Assembly (NCBI GenBank): GCA_028534125.1
Contig: CM052832.1
Location: 13,518,001-13,582,000 of the forward strand
Direction: 5' to 3'
DNA: 64,000 nt
DNA from: Lama glama
Lineage: Eukaryota
A program made the position numbers and the translations under genes. A model generated the notes under the pieces. It was not told the DNA's origin. It ran no database searches and was given only the letters and a program-made list of their open reading frames with translations. This document shows positions 10,556-24,500 of the stretch, in pieces (position 1 is the first letter of the stretch; each line of letters begins with the position of its first letter).

Positions 10556-13089
10556 TAAATAGTCTTTCTTAACAAACAAATATACAGACTCTTGGGGGAA
10601 AAAATTATCCATTTTGGGAATATACCACCGTTTATTTACTCTTCTTATTGTCATGGGGCATTTGAGTCATTTCAAGTTCTTGAGTTTCTGGCTATTATAT
10701 GTGATGCTGATATAAACAATCTTTTAGTGTTGTTTTGAGGGAGGTTGTGCCTGCATTTCTGTTGTGTGTGTATCTAGGGGTGGAGGTGCTGGGTCACAGG
10801 CTAGGTGTCTCTTCAGCTTTACTAAACATTGCCACTCAATTTTCCAAAGTAGCTATACCATTTTCCACTCCCACCAGCAGTATATGAGAGGTCTGGTTGC
10901 CCCATATCCTCTCTGACACTTGATATTGTCAATCTGAAAATTTACAACTACAGCTGCACACAGCAAGCATATGGCTGAATCTCACAAACATGAAATAGAG
11001 TGAGAAAAAAAAAACCAGAGATAAAAGAAAACATGCAGTCTAATTCCCATTCATATAAGTCCCCCAAACAGGCAAAATAATCTAAGCTGTGAAGTCAGGA
11101 CAGTGGTACCCATGAGAAGCATGAAGGGGTTTCTAGGGTGCTGGTGATGTTCCGCATCTTAATCTGGGTGCTGGGTACACACATTTATTCCCTTTGTGAA
11201 AATTCATCAAGCTGTGTAGTTGTGATTCATGCACTTTTCTGTATGTTATATTGGAATTAAAAATTCAAAAAATATTCTCTCTCAGTCTCTCTCTCCCCCT
11301 TCCTCTGTCATCTTTCCTCACAGCATGTGGGTGGGAGCTGTTCTCATCAGAGTCCCATTCAAGGCCACGCGACCTGTATCGCTTCAGCACTTAGAAGGGC
11401 TTGCGATTGGTTTCATGGTCTGTGGTCTCTGTCTTTTTGAAATCCTCAACACTTTTTCAACTTAGGACTCTCTGCATTTGTCACTGGGACTTACACATCG
11501 TGTCACCACCCTATGGTGCCACAGGCAGCTGCCAGTGTCTCTCCACAGATCCTCACCCAAGGCTTGGTCTTTGACAGGCACTGAGGACAGGGCTGGGTTG
11601 CCCCTCTGCCTGATTAGAGAAGGTCCGAATGCCTGTGATGGCTCCCCTCCTGTGAGAACCTGAGATTGTACTTTTCTGCAGATGGAATTACTGGGTCAGA
11701 GGATAGTTTCCCGCACAATGTCCCGCTTGGCTGTCTGCCCCTGTGCTTCCATCTGCCTTTAAAAAAAATTGTGATGAAATATACATAACATACAATTGAC
11801 CATCTTAACCATTTTTAAGTGTATAGCTCAGTGGCATTAAGTACATTTACATTGTTATACAATCATCTCCACCATCCCTCTCTAGAACTTTTTCATCTTC
11901 TCAAAGTGATACTCCGTACCCATGAAACAATAACTCCCCATTCCCTTCCACCTGATTTTATGATTTTTTTCTGTATGTCTCTTTCCAACTACACTACGAA
12001 CTCCATGAGGGTGGGGGTTGGGGGACACTTATTCACCTCTGAATAAGGAGGAGCATGTATGATGCACACAGGGCTTGGAGGAGATGGCTAAGAAAACAGT
12101 TTTGTTAAATAAATAAAAATATGAGATATAATTTAACCCTTGTTTGAAGCCTGGGCTGGTTCTTGGGCTAATAAATTCTCTAAATTCAGTGTTGAGTCAG
12201 TGCCCAGCACATAGCTGGATCCAAAACCTTTTTGCTGACAGTATGAATAAAGCCTTAATAACTCTGCTACTGATAATAAAATATTGGCCCTTAATCAATA
12301 CAGAAAGGACCTAGGAAAGTGCCTGGCAGTCAATACATTTTCTTCTTTTCTTTGTGAGCATTATCACATTTCACCCTACATCACCCTCTAAGGTGGCCAC
12401 TCAGTTTCTGAGTGAGAAACAAACTCAGAGATGTTGTATCCCCTGCTGGAGGTCACACAGCTGGCAGATGGTTCCAGGGCTGGGAGACTTTAAAGCTCAG
12501 TGCTTTCAATATTTACTTTGTAATGCCTCCCTGTGTCGATCAACTTAAACAGGATTTCTGACATTTTTTGAATAAAACTAGTTTTTCTTTTCTGATTACA
12601 AACAGGTATAAATTCTCTTTTTTTTTAAAAAAAATTCAAGCACTACAGAAAGTGTAAAAAAACTTCTTAGAATGTTCTGTCAAGATTCATGGCGACCCTA
12701 CCCAGGGATAGCAGGATTTGAAAAACATACCCCTCAGCAACTCCTTCTGAACTTTGTCTTCAGGTCAAGGAATGTCTGTATTGCATTCAGTGACCTTTCC
12801 TTCTGAGTTCTTCCCTCTTCAGTTCTTAGGAGAGAACTGAGGAGAGTGTACAGGTGCTAAAACTAGCCCCTCCCACCCCCTTGTGTTTCCCGTAAGGGCT
12901 TGTTTTCTAGCCCATGGACTGGCCTTCCTCCAGCCAGGCCTAAGGTTGTTTTCTGAGCGCTGGTTTCTTGTTGGGGTTTAGGTGTAATAAGGAAGTTGTC
13001 AAGTGAAACTATTTTTCTCCAGGGAAGCTGAGGTAAGCCTCCTATCGCTGGGAGAGAGGGAAGCAGCCCTGGGATAGGATGATGGGGTG

Positions 13090-13361
13090 GTAGGGGCGGC
13101 CCCTGCACTGGCTGCCCATGCGCTCACCTCCTGGGAGAAAGGATATATATTACTCTGACCAAAGCATCTTCTGAGACAGTCTGGAAACTGGCAGCACCTT
13201 CACCCTGAGACAGCTGGGCCTACTCCCCCTCACTGGATACAGCTTCCAGCAGACAGAGAGTAGTGCCTAGACGCTGCAAGCGGGTACCCGATACAGAGCT
13301 CCCGGGTCGGGAGATCCCATCTGAAAGTGTCCTGGGACAGGAGCGACTCTCGTGGTCTGAG
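13090..13361 (+). promoter_or_regulatory. Candidate BNIP5 promoter and non-coding exon 1
   Basis: GC box ggggcggccc (~13093), TATA-like gatatatatta (~13142), some CpGs, and a possible donor GAG|GTTGGT at 13362. The first coding exon has an acceptor only 4 nt before its ATG, so an upstream exon is required. Placement is inferred. Confidence 0.3.
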
Positions 13362-14408
13362 GTTGGTTGAATGACACTCTCTCCTTAGCAGGCTGGAGTA
13401 GTGGGTAGGTATCTTGGAGTCCTGATAGGAGGGTAGACCCTGAGTTCAGTCTCAACGCTGCGTCTAGCTTGCTGGACTTCAGGCTCTTCATCTCTAGAAA
13501 GCTAGAAAGTTCAATGATGTGATCTTGACCTGGTGTCATGCAAAAACTCTGAACTAACTTGGAGTTACAAGCTCTGAACTCAGGTCCCAGCCCTGCTGCT
13601 TACTAGCTCAGCAATCCTGAGCAAAGATCTTCACTTCCTTGGGCCTCAGTTTCCTCATCTGTAGAATGGAGGCAGCGTTACATTCCTCTCCTGCTCATTT
13701 CCCTACTGGATGTTGTAGAAGTCAAGTTATAGACTTTATGTGATGGTACATAGTAAAGGGAAACCACATAAATGGAGGTGTTGTTATTACCTATGGCTAT
13801 TATATATTATGTTATCACCTATGGTTCTATCATTTTAAGGTTCTTGTAAGCTAGACCAGGGACAAGGAGATCTTATGAAAAGAGTTCTGGTGGCTTGCTG
13901 TTCTGACAGGGATCTGAGGAGGGATCATAACATTGCATGGCCTGTGGTCTTAGATAGAGGACTGGACGGGGTCGGGAAGAGGTGGGGGCACATGCAGAGC
14001 ACAAACTCTAGTGTTGGATGGAGGGGAGCCGTGTTCGTCTTTGGAGTCCTCCAGCTTTGCAAGTAATGACCTCACTGGCCCCACAAGTTGACCCCACTGC
14101 TGTATCACAGGGCCTGAGATTCCACCACTAGGGAGTTCATTCTTTTGGGTTTCAAAAGATCCTCAAAAGATGCAAATCCCTGACCTTTTGGAAAATAGGC
14201 ACTAGGGGATGTGTGTTTGATGGTGACAATGAGGATCAGCAGATGGCCCAAGCCAGCCCTTTACACTGAGCTGTGGGTTGGCCCAGGCATAGTTGATACC
14301 CTCAGTGGCACAAAGTGGCTGTTAAGATGCCTCTGTGATCTGAAGTTTTGTACAAAGATCCTATTGGGCTCTGCTGTGACTCGAGGCCCCTGTCCAGGAC
14401 TGGCCTCA

Positions 14409-14508
14409 CCCTATTAATTAATTAATTAATTAGTTTAGAAACTGGGGATTGAACCCAGGACCTTGTGCATGCTAAGCACACGTTCTACCACTGAACTATA
14501 CCCTCCCC
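14409..14508 (-). mobile_element. tRNA-Ala-derived SINE (Vic-1-like), short form
   Basis: Reverse-complement tRNA-Ala head with an (ATTA)n tail. TSD actggcctca at 14399-14408 and 14509-14518. Confidence 0.85.
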
Positions 14509-15686
14509 ACTGGCCTCATGTTTTGAAGTGAAGAGGGACCAGCTGAGGAGTACCCAGGGATGGGTGCCCAGGCAGGGGACTGGTCCAGAAGCAGTGTGAC
14601 TTGGGGAACCACCTAGACACATGGGCCTTTGGGTGATGAACTGAAACAGAGAGTACTTAGGAAGTGAGGTGACCTCTCCTCAGGTGTGAAGGACTGCTGC
14701 CTGCCGTGTCAGCTCAGTCTAAGGAGGACTGTCTTTAATTCTCAGTAGCCAGCAGTGGGATGTTCTGGCTTGAAAGTGGTGAGTTCCAACTGCAGCAAGT
14801 GTTCCAACAGGGGGTGCTAGTCTGCCTGTCGGGAATGCGGCACAGAGGAGTCCTGCCGTACAGGAGGTGGGCTGGATACTTCTCAGGTCCCTCGAGCCAT
14901 CTCAGGAACCCAGGCGAAAGGCTTTGGGCTTGAACAGGCACTCACTTTTGGGGTTCAGAATGTCCATGGGGCCACCTGTGCTGATGAGATGTGAACATGA
15001 GCTCAGGGTGCAGCCCTTGACCCTCCAGCCGCCTGACTGGCTTCCAGCCAAGAGGTCTGTGAGCCCCACCCTATGACACCTTGCCTCTGGGACATAAGTG
15101 TCAATACCTGGGCACATGTGAATGTGTGACTCCATGCATAGGTCACGGAAGGCACGTGTGTGGACGTGATGATCTCTGGCGGTATGAGACAGCAGATTTG
15201 CTCACCTCTAAGTGCGTGTGTGTCTGTGTGTGTTTATGGGAGGCCACTTAACTTCCGAGAGAGAAGAAAGAATTTAGAATCCAGAGAAGCCCCACCTCTG
15301 TCCCCTTCCTGGCTATGGGACCCTGGGCAAGCAGAGCCTCAGTTCCCCACTGCCAGCCCAGCCAGGGCTGTGGCCAAGTTGACCTGAGATCATGGAAATA
15401 AAGGGTTGCTGTGTGGCAGCTTGCAGGTGAGCTGGTTGCGTCTGCACATATCTGTGTATCGTTTATTCGTTCCTCAAACACTGAGAGCCTTCCAGGCAGC
15501 GTGGACACAGCAGGAACCAGGCAGGCTCAGGCCCTTTCTCTGGAACTTGGAGTTAGACAGGGAGGGCAGACAACAAATTAGATACTCAGATAATTATCCC
15601 CTTTACACATGGGGTGGGAAATTCCAGGGTGTTGTGAGTCCTTGTAAGTTTACAGTGAATGTGAGCATGTTTCTCGGTCACATGAG

Positions 15687-16023
15687 TGTCTTAGCCCGTT
15701 TGGGCTGTGATCACAAACTACCGTAGATTGGGTAAATTTACTTCTCACAGTTCTGGGGCCTGGAAGTCCAAGACTCAGGTACCTACAGTTTCAATGTCTG
15801 GCGAGGGCTTCCTGGTTCATGGACCAGGCCTCTATGTCCTCACATGGTGGAAGGGGTGAGGGAGCCCTTTGGGGTCTCTTTTATAAAGGTGCTAATCCCA
15901 TTCATGAGGGCTCTGTTCTCATGATGTAATCACCCCAAGGGCCCCACCTTCTAATTACATTGCACTGGGGACTAGGTTTCAACGTATGAATTGGAGGGGT
16001 ACACAAACCTTCAGTCTATAGCA
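15687..16023 (-). mobile_element. MaLR (MLT1A-type) solo LTR
   Basis: TGTCTTAG...CTATAGCA termini, with ctcacagttctggggcctggaagtccaag and ataaaggtgctaatcccattcatgaggg motifs. Confidence 0.75.
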
Positions 16024-18634
16024 ATGAGTGTGTGTGGGTGTGACTCTCGTCCACAGACACTCTCCCTTGGAATAGCCAGCTGTTTGTTGAATATTGTGCA
16101 AAGTCCAGGGGTGGAGAAGGGGAGCAAGAGACTGCACCAGAGCAGTTACAGAGTAACGTTGTAATGTTCCAGGAGCATGAATTAGAGAATGGTGTATACA
16201 TGAGGTCAGTGTATAATCTAGAAAATAAACCCAAAGTGGCAGCATGCTTGTGAAAAACTGGCAAACTTCCTGCTCCGCAATAACTCAAGGTCAACTCTAT
16301 ACATTTTCTCTGGTGGTTATTGTCGTTTTTAAACATGTCACCGGTGTACGTCATATCTTATCAGAAGTCCTGTGATCTGCAGGTCACTTGGGTATTTCTG
16401 AGCAGATTTGAACTTTGTTCTGAAACCCACTTTCTGCCAAGGCAATCAACAAGTTTACAAGAGCAGCTTGGTTTCCATGCAGTGAAGGTTTGCTGCTTTC
16501 TAGGGGTTACTGTCTGGAAGCACGTCCCAGATAGGGTGGGATTCCCCAACAGGCAGAACCTGGGTGAAGCCCCAGGTAAAGCAGGGGCACAAAACAAGAA
16601 AAAAGAGGAAGGAAGGAGAAAATCTTGCTTTGATGAATTCTGGACAGGCAGAATTTTACAATCAGAAAGTCTGGAAAGATCTGATTTCAGCACACATCAA
16701 ATTTATGTGCCTATGTAGGTATGAGGGGGAGGTAATATTAAAACAGTCTTTTCAGGGTTTAGAGACTTTAAAAGTCTGGGGATATATCTGTCCCAGAGAG
16801 GATCTTCTAGGGTGTCTCTGGGGGTGGGTGGGTTTGCCCTCCTAGGCCAGCCACCCTCTCTCAATCCCTGGGCCTAGCACTGGAAGGCAGACTCTTTGGA
16901 ACATTACAGAGGAGGAGCCGCTGGGGAGGCCAGAGAGGTAGGAGGAGAGCCGAGCTGAGCTCCATCACAGCTGCCGAGAGAGGAGAGATCTGCAGGAAGA
17001 CGGAAGTGGACATGGTATCAAAAGCTTTAGCACCTTGAGGGAGGATGAGGAATGGGAAGAGGCCACTGGATTTGAAGTTGAGAGGCCTGGGAAGATTGTG
17101 GAGACTCTTCACTGGGGAAACACTCTTGGATGGCCATGGTCTCACGTCACCCACCCCGCCTCTCCCTGCCTCTGGGGCTGCCGCAGCTGCTCCTCTTGGT
17201 TTTCTTCACCTCCCTCTGGGCTCAGGGCACTGTTCCAGGGAGAGGTTGGCCAAATCAAGGCAGTTTTCTTGAAAAAACATGGTGAAGGGAAACCAGTGCC
17301 TGGTGGAATTGTATCGATGCTCTGATTAGAAGTAGCAGTGTGTCCTTTGAATGAGGTAGGAGGACACTACGACCATCAGCCATGGTGAAAACCATTTCCA
17401 TAGCAATGACAGCTTTTTAAAAGATTACTGTGCCTCTTTTCTCATTAGCTGGGGAAAAATGCTCTTGCCCTCTGTGCAGCGTGCCCCCTGGAGCCAAGTT
17501 AGCACAGGAAGAAGAGGGGCTGAGCTGAGCAAACGTGTCCTGTGTGTTTGGCTGGTTTGGTGGTTCTGTTGCCGAACAGCTTCTCTGCCAACCTCATCCA
17601 GTTTGCCCTGACCACAGGAGCATACGGAATAACCAAGCAGTGAATATTTCTGGCTCAGCTTACTTGTATCTTAAAATCAAATTTTAAGATCGACCTAAAT
17701 TTGTCTTCTCTTGAGACCCTATGCCACTAAAGAGAGAGCAACTGTCAGGGGAACAGAGCATTACTGTCACCACCACCTGCTCACACCCCTACTCCCACCC
17801 ATTTGAAGCCCAGAGCATTCTCTTTGAGGGTACAACCTGTATCTTGTCCATTATCATATCCCTGGCACTGAGCATACTTTCTGGTGCATAGTGAGTGCTT
17901 ATTAAATGTTTGTTGGAAGAAATAAATGAGAAGAAAGAAAAAATATTTTCTTCTATGATTTCTTCTCCTTATCCCACTTAGCCACATTTCGGAAGCACAA
18001 CCATAAGGCAGCCTCTGAGGCTTTCGAAAACAATAGTCAATTTTCATATAAAATACAGATGTGTGTTACTATAAGTGTTCATATAACTCAGATGTTTCTT
18101 TAAGGAACACTAGACAACAAATAAAGCCTTCCAAATTGCCTGCTTCTTCGTTTTCTCATTTCCTCCAATACTGTCCACGTGTGGACACCCAGCAGTGCTG
18201 CCGATACCCGATAGCTTCTGGCCATCCTCCCTAGTCCTTCCTGCCCAGACCTGTGCTTAAAGGAAGGAAGGCATCTGGACTGTTACTGTCACCTTCGAAG
18301 CTCTCTGTATCTCCCCAGACCTTTCATTCTCTCTCTTTACGTATCTTCCTCACATTCGCATGGATCCCTGCACATCTGAAATTGCAATTCTACATTCTTA
18401 TTTTTGCCTCTAAGCTGGAAAGAGTAATAAAGTACATTTTCATGTAATGAATCAGTTGGTAAATGCAAGAGATATAATGTAAATACAGAAATACTTAATA
18501 CACTAAATAATACTCAGTAAATGCATGACGAGGCTATAATTACAAATTAGAGTAGGCAATCCATAAATCTAAACACTGGAATAGGGGTTTAGAGTTATGG
18601 AATCTCTGGGAGCTCAGGGTTTAAGATTCAAGAC

Positions 18635-19040
18635 TATATTTTATTTTTCCCTTATAATATATATTATTGAAGTATAGTCAGTTTATAATGTTGTGTCAAT
18701 TTCTGGTGTTCCGCACAATGCTTCAGTCATATATGAACATACATATATTTGTTTTCATATTCTTTTTCACCATAAATTACAGAATACAAGATTTTGAATA
18801 TAGTTCCTTGTGTTATATAGTATGAACTTGTTGTTTATCTATTTTATACAGTACTTAGTATCTGCAAATCTCAAACTTCCAATCTATCCCTTCCCACCCT
18901 CTTCCCTCCTGGTAACCATCAGTTTGCTTTCTATGTCTGTAAGTCTGTTTCTGTTTTGTAAATAAGTTCATTTGTCCTTTTTTTTTTTTTTTAGATTCCA
19001 CATATAAGTGATATCATATGGTATTTTTCTTTCTCTTTCT
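18635..19040 (-). mobile_element. LINE-1 3' UTR fragment
   Basis: Homologous to 10173-10555 (aatgttgtgtcaatttctggtgt...ggtaaccat...ttagattccacatataagtgatatc). Confidence 0.75.
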
Positions 19041-20918
19041 ATTTTCCTCTTAACTTCCACCAAAGGGCAAAGGGTTTCTGAACAACTTTGGAAAAATTGG
19101 AAAGCCCTGGGAGTTTCAGGTTAAAGACACACAAGTCAAGTGCACGACCCACACCCTGGCCTGCTTAAAATGCTGCCCACGAGGAGGGTGTTCTTTTGTC
19201 TTTTCCATGGGCAGCTGCTTCATTCTGGATGGAGAACAAAAGGGTCCCTGTTGCTTTAAGATGGAACTGGTCCAAATACATTTGTTGTACATTAACTACA
19301 CATCTTTAGGTATTGTACAGTCTACTAAGCGTTTGTGTTATACATTTATTCCTTTGTTTAACAAGTACTTACTCAGAGCCAATGGTGGGTCGGCCTTGTT
19401 CTAGGTACTCAGGATACAAGACCTAGCGAAACAGACAAAAGGGAGGAAAAGAGGCTCAGACGTTAAACCACTAAACACATAAAGATATGATATTTCTTAA
19501 CACCGGCAGTGAGGTAAAGGGGGAGAGGGTGTGCTAATGGGGGTGCCCTGGGAGGGCCTCTACGGGAAGGTGACTTTTTAAAAGAATGAAGTAGAGTTGA
19601 TTTACAATGTTGTGTTAGTTTCATGTGTACAGCAAAGTGATTCAGTTATATATATATATATATATATTCTTTTTCAGATTATTTTCCATTATAGGTTATT
19701 ACAAGATATTGAATATATTTCCCTGAGCTATATAGTAGGTCCTTATTGTTTGTCTATTTTATATATAGTAGTGTGTTAATCCCGAACTTGGGAAGGTGAC
19801 ATTTGAGCAGAGGTCTGAAGGAAGTGAAGGAACAAATCACAGGGAGGTCTAGTGCAAGATGTTCTAGAAAGAGAGAAGAGCCAATATGAAGGCCCTGAGG
19901 TGGAGAAGGCCTGGAGGACAGTGAGCAGGGCTGCATGAGGGGGTGGAGTGGGGTGAGTGAGAGGGGACTAGGGAGGTGATGGGGCCAGGTGGGTAGGACC
20001 TTGCAGCCATAAAGACTCTGACCTTGGGTCACTGGCAGCAGGAGAGCGTCAGGCTCTAACTTGCATAGTGCGCACCTGTGGCTGCTAAGGGGGAAGTTAC
20101 TGGAAGGAGGACAAGAGTAGAGCAGAGAGACCAGTTAGGAGGTGACTGCAAGGGTCCAGGTGAGCAGAGTCAGGGCCTAGACTTGGGTGGCGGTGGAGAA
20201 GGTGGGGAGACGTGGTTCAGGTCCTGATGTGCTTTCAAAGTGGAGCCAACAGCCTTTACTGATGGATCAGATGTGGGGAGTGAGAGAAAGAGACAAAGGA
20301 GTTGGGGTGACTTCAAATGTTTGGTCTGAGCAATTGGGAGAACAGAGTTACCATTTACCAAGCTGTCTTGTGAATGATTCTTAATAGTTTGTGAGACAGA
20401 CAGGCAGGTCTCAGGCATGTTTCAGATGAAGATACTGGGCCAGAAAAGCCACAGGAGCTGCCCACAGCCATGAGGGGCAGGACGTGGCCTCTGGTTCCAG
20501 CTGTAATCGTTGCCTACTGCTGCTGTAACCACGTACCACAAAGTCAGTGGCTTTGTAACAACGTGAATTAATTATCTTACAGTTCTGGAGGTCAGATGGC
20601 CACAGTCCGTCTGTATGGACAAGAACCAAGGTGTTGGCAGGGCTGTGTTCCTTTTGGAGGCTCTGGGGGAGCTATGGGTTCACTGCACAATCTGGGGCAC
20701 GACCTTTCGTGGTTTAGTTTCTTCCTCTGAAAATCGAGAACCAAGATACCCCTCCCTCCCAGGGTTGCTGCAGAACTTAAACGAGACAACAGCTTTGAGA
20801 GCTGATGTTACTCACTTTAACGGGTAGGTCGGATGGGTGCGCCAGTCAACACTGCTAGCTCACCTCAGCAGTCTCCGAGGCCTCTTCTAAGGGAGCTGTC
20901 TGTTTTGGTTGCAGTGCA

Positions 20919-21537
20919 ATGGAACCTCTGCAGGGAACGAAAAAGCTTCTGTCAGGGAGGAGAGCCAGGTCTCTGGACAGGCCGCAGAACCCCAGGAAGG
21001 ATTCAGAGTCGTGGGACTGCCAGTGCCTTTCCTTGCCCACCACCCCCTCCAGGAGGATGCTTTGCCGGACAGCCAGTGATGGGACCAGATGTCCTAAGAG
21101 CCCAGCTCAGTCTGTGGAGGCTCAGGGCATCACGGCCACAGCCCTCAGCCCAGAGGAGACCAAGGAGTTTCTCCCCAGTGAACAGGGGCCCCCACAGGAC
21201 ACCAAGAAGGACAAGGCCCAGTGGCGGCCCCAGCAGGGGTGGCTGAGGACCATGATAAACTTCTTCCTCGGTTCAGGCCCTGAGGAGCCCAAGGAGAAGG
21301 CCAGCAAGAAGGAGAAGGGGAAGGAGGGCCTCCCGCCCACAGAAACCCCCGAGGCACTGGGGGAGCCAGCTCCCAGGAAGAAATCTCAAAAGAAGGCCAG
21401 CCGCAAGAAATACGGTCACAAGAAACATGGTGCTGAGGAAACCAAGGGGGCCCAAGATCAGGAGGCCGGAGGGCAAGAGGCCAACATGGCTGCTGCCTCA
21501 CACTGCGAACAGGCCGACTTGGGCCCAGCAGCTGGGG
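20919..21537 (+). CDS. BNIP5: BNIP5 coding exon 1 (MEPLQG...GPAAG)
   Basis: Acceptor ttgcag at 20914, ATG at 20919, donor GTGAGC at 21538, phase 1. Confidence 0.93.
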
Positions 21538-24500
21538 GTGAGCAGATGCCTGTTTTTATGGTAACCCCAGCGCTCCCCCCCACCCCGCCAAGGGCTAGAG
21601 TGCTCTGAGCTGGCTCCTCAAACCTCTCAAAGGAGGGCATGTGGAAGGTGGGTCACTGTCAGGGACACCACTACAGTGAAGCTTCTCTGAGGTATAACAG
21701 CACCACGGCTGAGAGCTTGAGGTCAAACCCCAGTTCCACCACTCACTGGCTGTGCGACCTGGGGCTAGCTTGACTTTTGTTTCTGAAAGGATACAATGAT
21801 ACAATAGAGATCCTAGCAGTGGCTGTCTCATGGCGGGGCTGTGGCCCAGAGCTGGCACATGGGACGTGCTCCATAAATGATAACTGCTATCGTTAAGTAC
21901 TCTGGTTCAAGGAGCATGGACAAGGGAGAAATAGAAAGGCAGGGAGGAGGCAAAGAGGGAAGCCCTAGCCTCAACATTAGTTTATATATGAGGACTGGTG
22001 GTGGTTGACAGGGAAGTAGAAAGGGCCGGCTGCTGGGGTGCTGATTCTAGACTTGGCTCCATTGGGAATAAACTTGCTGTGTGACCTAGTGCAAGCTGCT
22101 GCCCCTCTCTGGAATTAATTATTTGCAAAATAAGGGAGCTGGTCCCTAAGATGCCTTCCTTTTCTAATGCTTAGCATCTTGGAGTTGAATGTCCTACAGG
22201 CAGCTGGAGGAAGATAGAACTTTGCCCTGTAGAACTCAAAACTCACCATGTTTTTAACAGGGAGGCGAGACCAAAGGAAGATTCAGGATATTTTGGGGAG
22301 TGGAGAGAAGGATGTCCAGGCTGAGGCAGCCTCTTTTCAAATGGAAACCTTGGTGTGTTTCTGATTTTTTGATTATGAATGTCACTGATACCCACACATT
22401 CTCGCTTTCATCTTTATTCCAGGTGAGGAAGTTTCTGATCTCCACCAGTCCTTGCTCCTCAAAGGCAGGGGTGCTGGCATCCGGGAAGTTTCTTCCAAAG
22501 CCACAGGTCACCAGTGGGAAGAGGAGCTTAAAAAGCCTGACAGTGAGTCAGAATCTGCTTAGTGGCCTCTTTGTCTGCAGCTGGGGGGCAGACATTCCCA
22601 AACGAGATGGATTGCTCTGGATGACTGCTTACACTTTGGATGGTGGTTCTCAAAATGCATGTGCTGATCTCCCCCTTCTGGTGCTCTGGTCACGTTTATG
22701 TTAGAGTTTCACAGAAGGGAGCCTCAGAAACTAGAGTGGCTGCTGGCAAATGCTCCTGCCTTGTGTGTTAATGAGCATGGGACTTTTTTTATATATAAAG
22801 AATATAGTACATATACACACACATATATACATACATATTTAAAAATATAAAGAGTGGAAAGGATAGTTCTACACACACTCACAATTGTTAAAAGTTGGCC
22901 ATATTTGCTTTGTGTGTGTGTGTGTGTATAGTTTTGTTACTGAACCATTTTGAGTAAAATGATGCTTCATACTTAAATGCTTAAGCACACATCTACAAGA
23001 AGTAAAGGCAGTCTCATACACATCCACAATCCTGTTATTGCCCCTAATAAAGCAATAGTGCTCTATTAGTCTAATTCCCTATGATGAATGGGCATATTTT
23101 AAAAGATATGAAATGGAGGAGCTATGCATGGATCAGAGAACAACTTAAAAGGCATTTAATTGGATTTTTGCAGGACATTTATTTTACATGTTAATGGTTT
23201 TCTCACAGGAGAGGGAATTGGCTGGTAGACCCAGTTAAGGGAAAAAAGACCCACAAGATTCAAAAGTGAGAGAGGGGTGAGGGAGGAGACTGAGGGGTGG
23301 AAAAACCTGCAGACAGCCTGAGAAGAGGGAACCTTGTTTGCACATTTTTTGGTGTAAACTGATCAGCTGGCAGCTAGCAGAGGCCACTTTGGATACATTG
23401 TCTTTGAGCAGGTTAACTGGGGTATCAAAGAAGACTGTTTAGTTGTTTGTGGCTTCTCTGTAAAGACTTAGGAGTGTGGTTGAGGCAGCAATGTGGCAGG
23501 CTGGCTGTGTCATGCTTGCTGGAGGGCCTCTGTCCACTCTAGAAAGTTGCCAGCCCTAGGTCACACAGCCGGTGAGTGGCGGAATTGGGGTTTGACCTCA
23601 AGTTCTCAAGCTGTGTCTTTACTATTTCCCCTGCTAGAATTTTGTAAGTTGGAAAATCAACATTAGCTTTGAAAGTATTTCCAAGCACATTTGATGGTCT
23701 GATTTCTGAGGGAAGCAGGACAGAGATTTTGATCTGCCTTCCATAGGGGAAGAGATGAAGACCCAGAGACGTTAAGAAACTTACTCAAGGTTACACAGCT
23801 TTTTGAACCCAAAGCAGATATTTACAGATCTGTAAAGTTCAAAGGAAATAGTGGGACACAAGTTGAATGCACTGACTTGAAATTTCCCGCGTAAAATTTC
23901 ATACTTCGGCCTAGTACCCTTCCCCGTGGATCTTCTAACCCTCTCGCAGAAGGACCATCCCCTGGGATGTGATGCCTCCCCCACCTCCATCCCCCGACCC
24001 CCTGCCTTCTGTGGCCTAAAGGAGCTGTTTTAAGAGGCCCTTCATTTAATACAGAAGGCTCCAGTAGGTCTCAATAGTCCAAGACAGTCTCAGAAAGAGT
24101 TCCCTTTGCATCTAGAAAGATTAACCAGGTGCATTCATTTCTTCCAGAGGATGCTATCATCCAGAAGATTGTGGAATTGCTCCAGAGAGTGGGGGACCAG
24201 TGGGAGGAGGAGGTGAGGAGCAAACTGTCTGCATAGATGCTGCCTTCCCTCCCCCTCCTCCTCGCTCCAGCCCCAGCTGTCCTTCCAGGCCTTAGTGTTC
24301 CCCTGCTCTGGGTTCTGTCACCGCCCTCGCCTGGGGCCACCCTGAAGCCCTTGGCTGCTCCTCAGTTGCTTCTCGGGGAGCTTTCCCGTCTCCTCAAGGT
24401 CAGGGGCCTGACTCAGTTTCTCTAATTTCCCCCACAGCAGCGTCAATCCCCTCAGCCAGAGGTGGCTCTGCAAAACCCAGCACTCGTCTTTCAGAAGAAA

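Noticed and set aside
1..13000. Possible loss of ETV7, since no ETV7 exons are seen upstream of BNIP5
   Set aside because: From recalled human spacing, ETV7 coding exons would lie left of the window start, so their absence here is uninformative.
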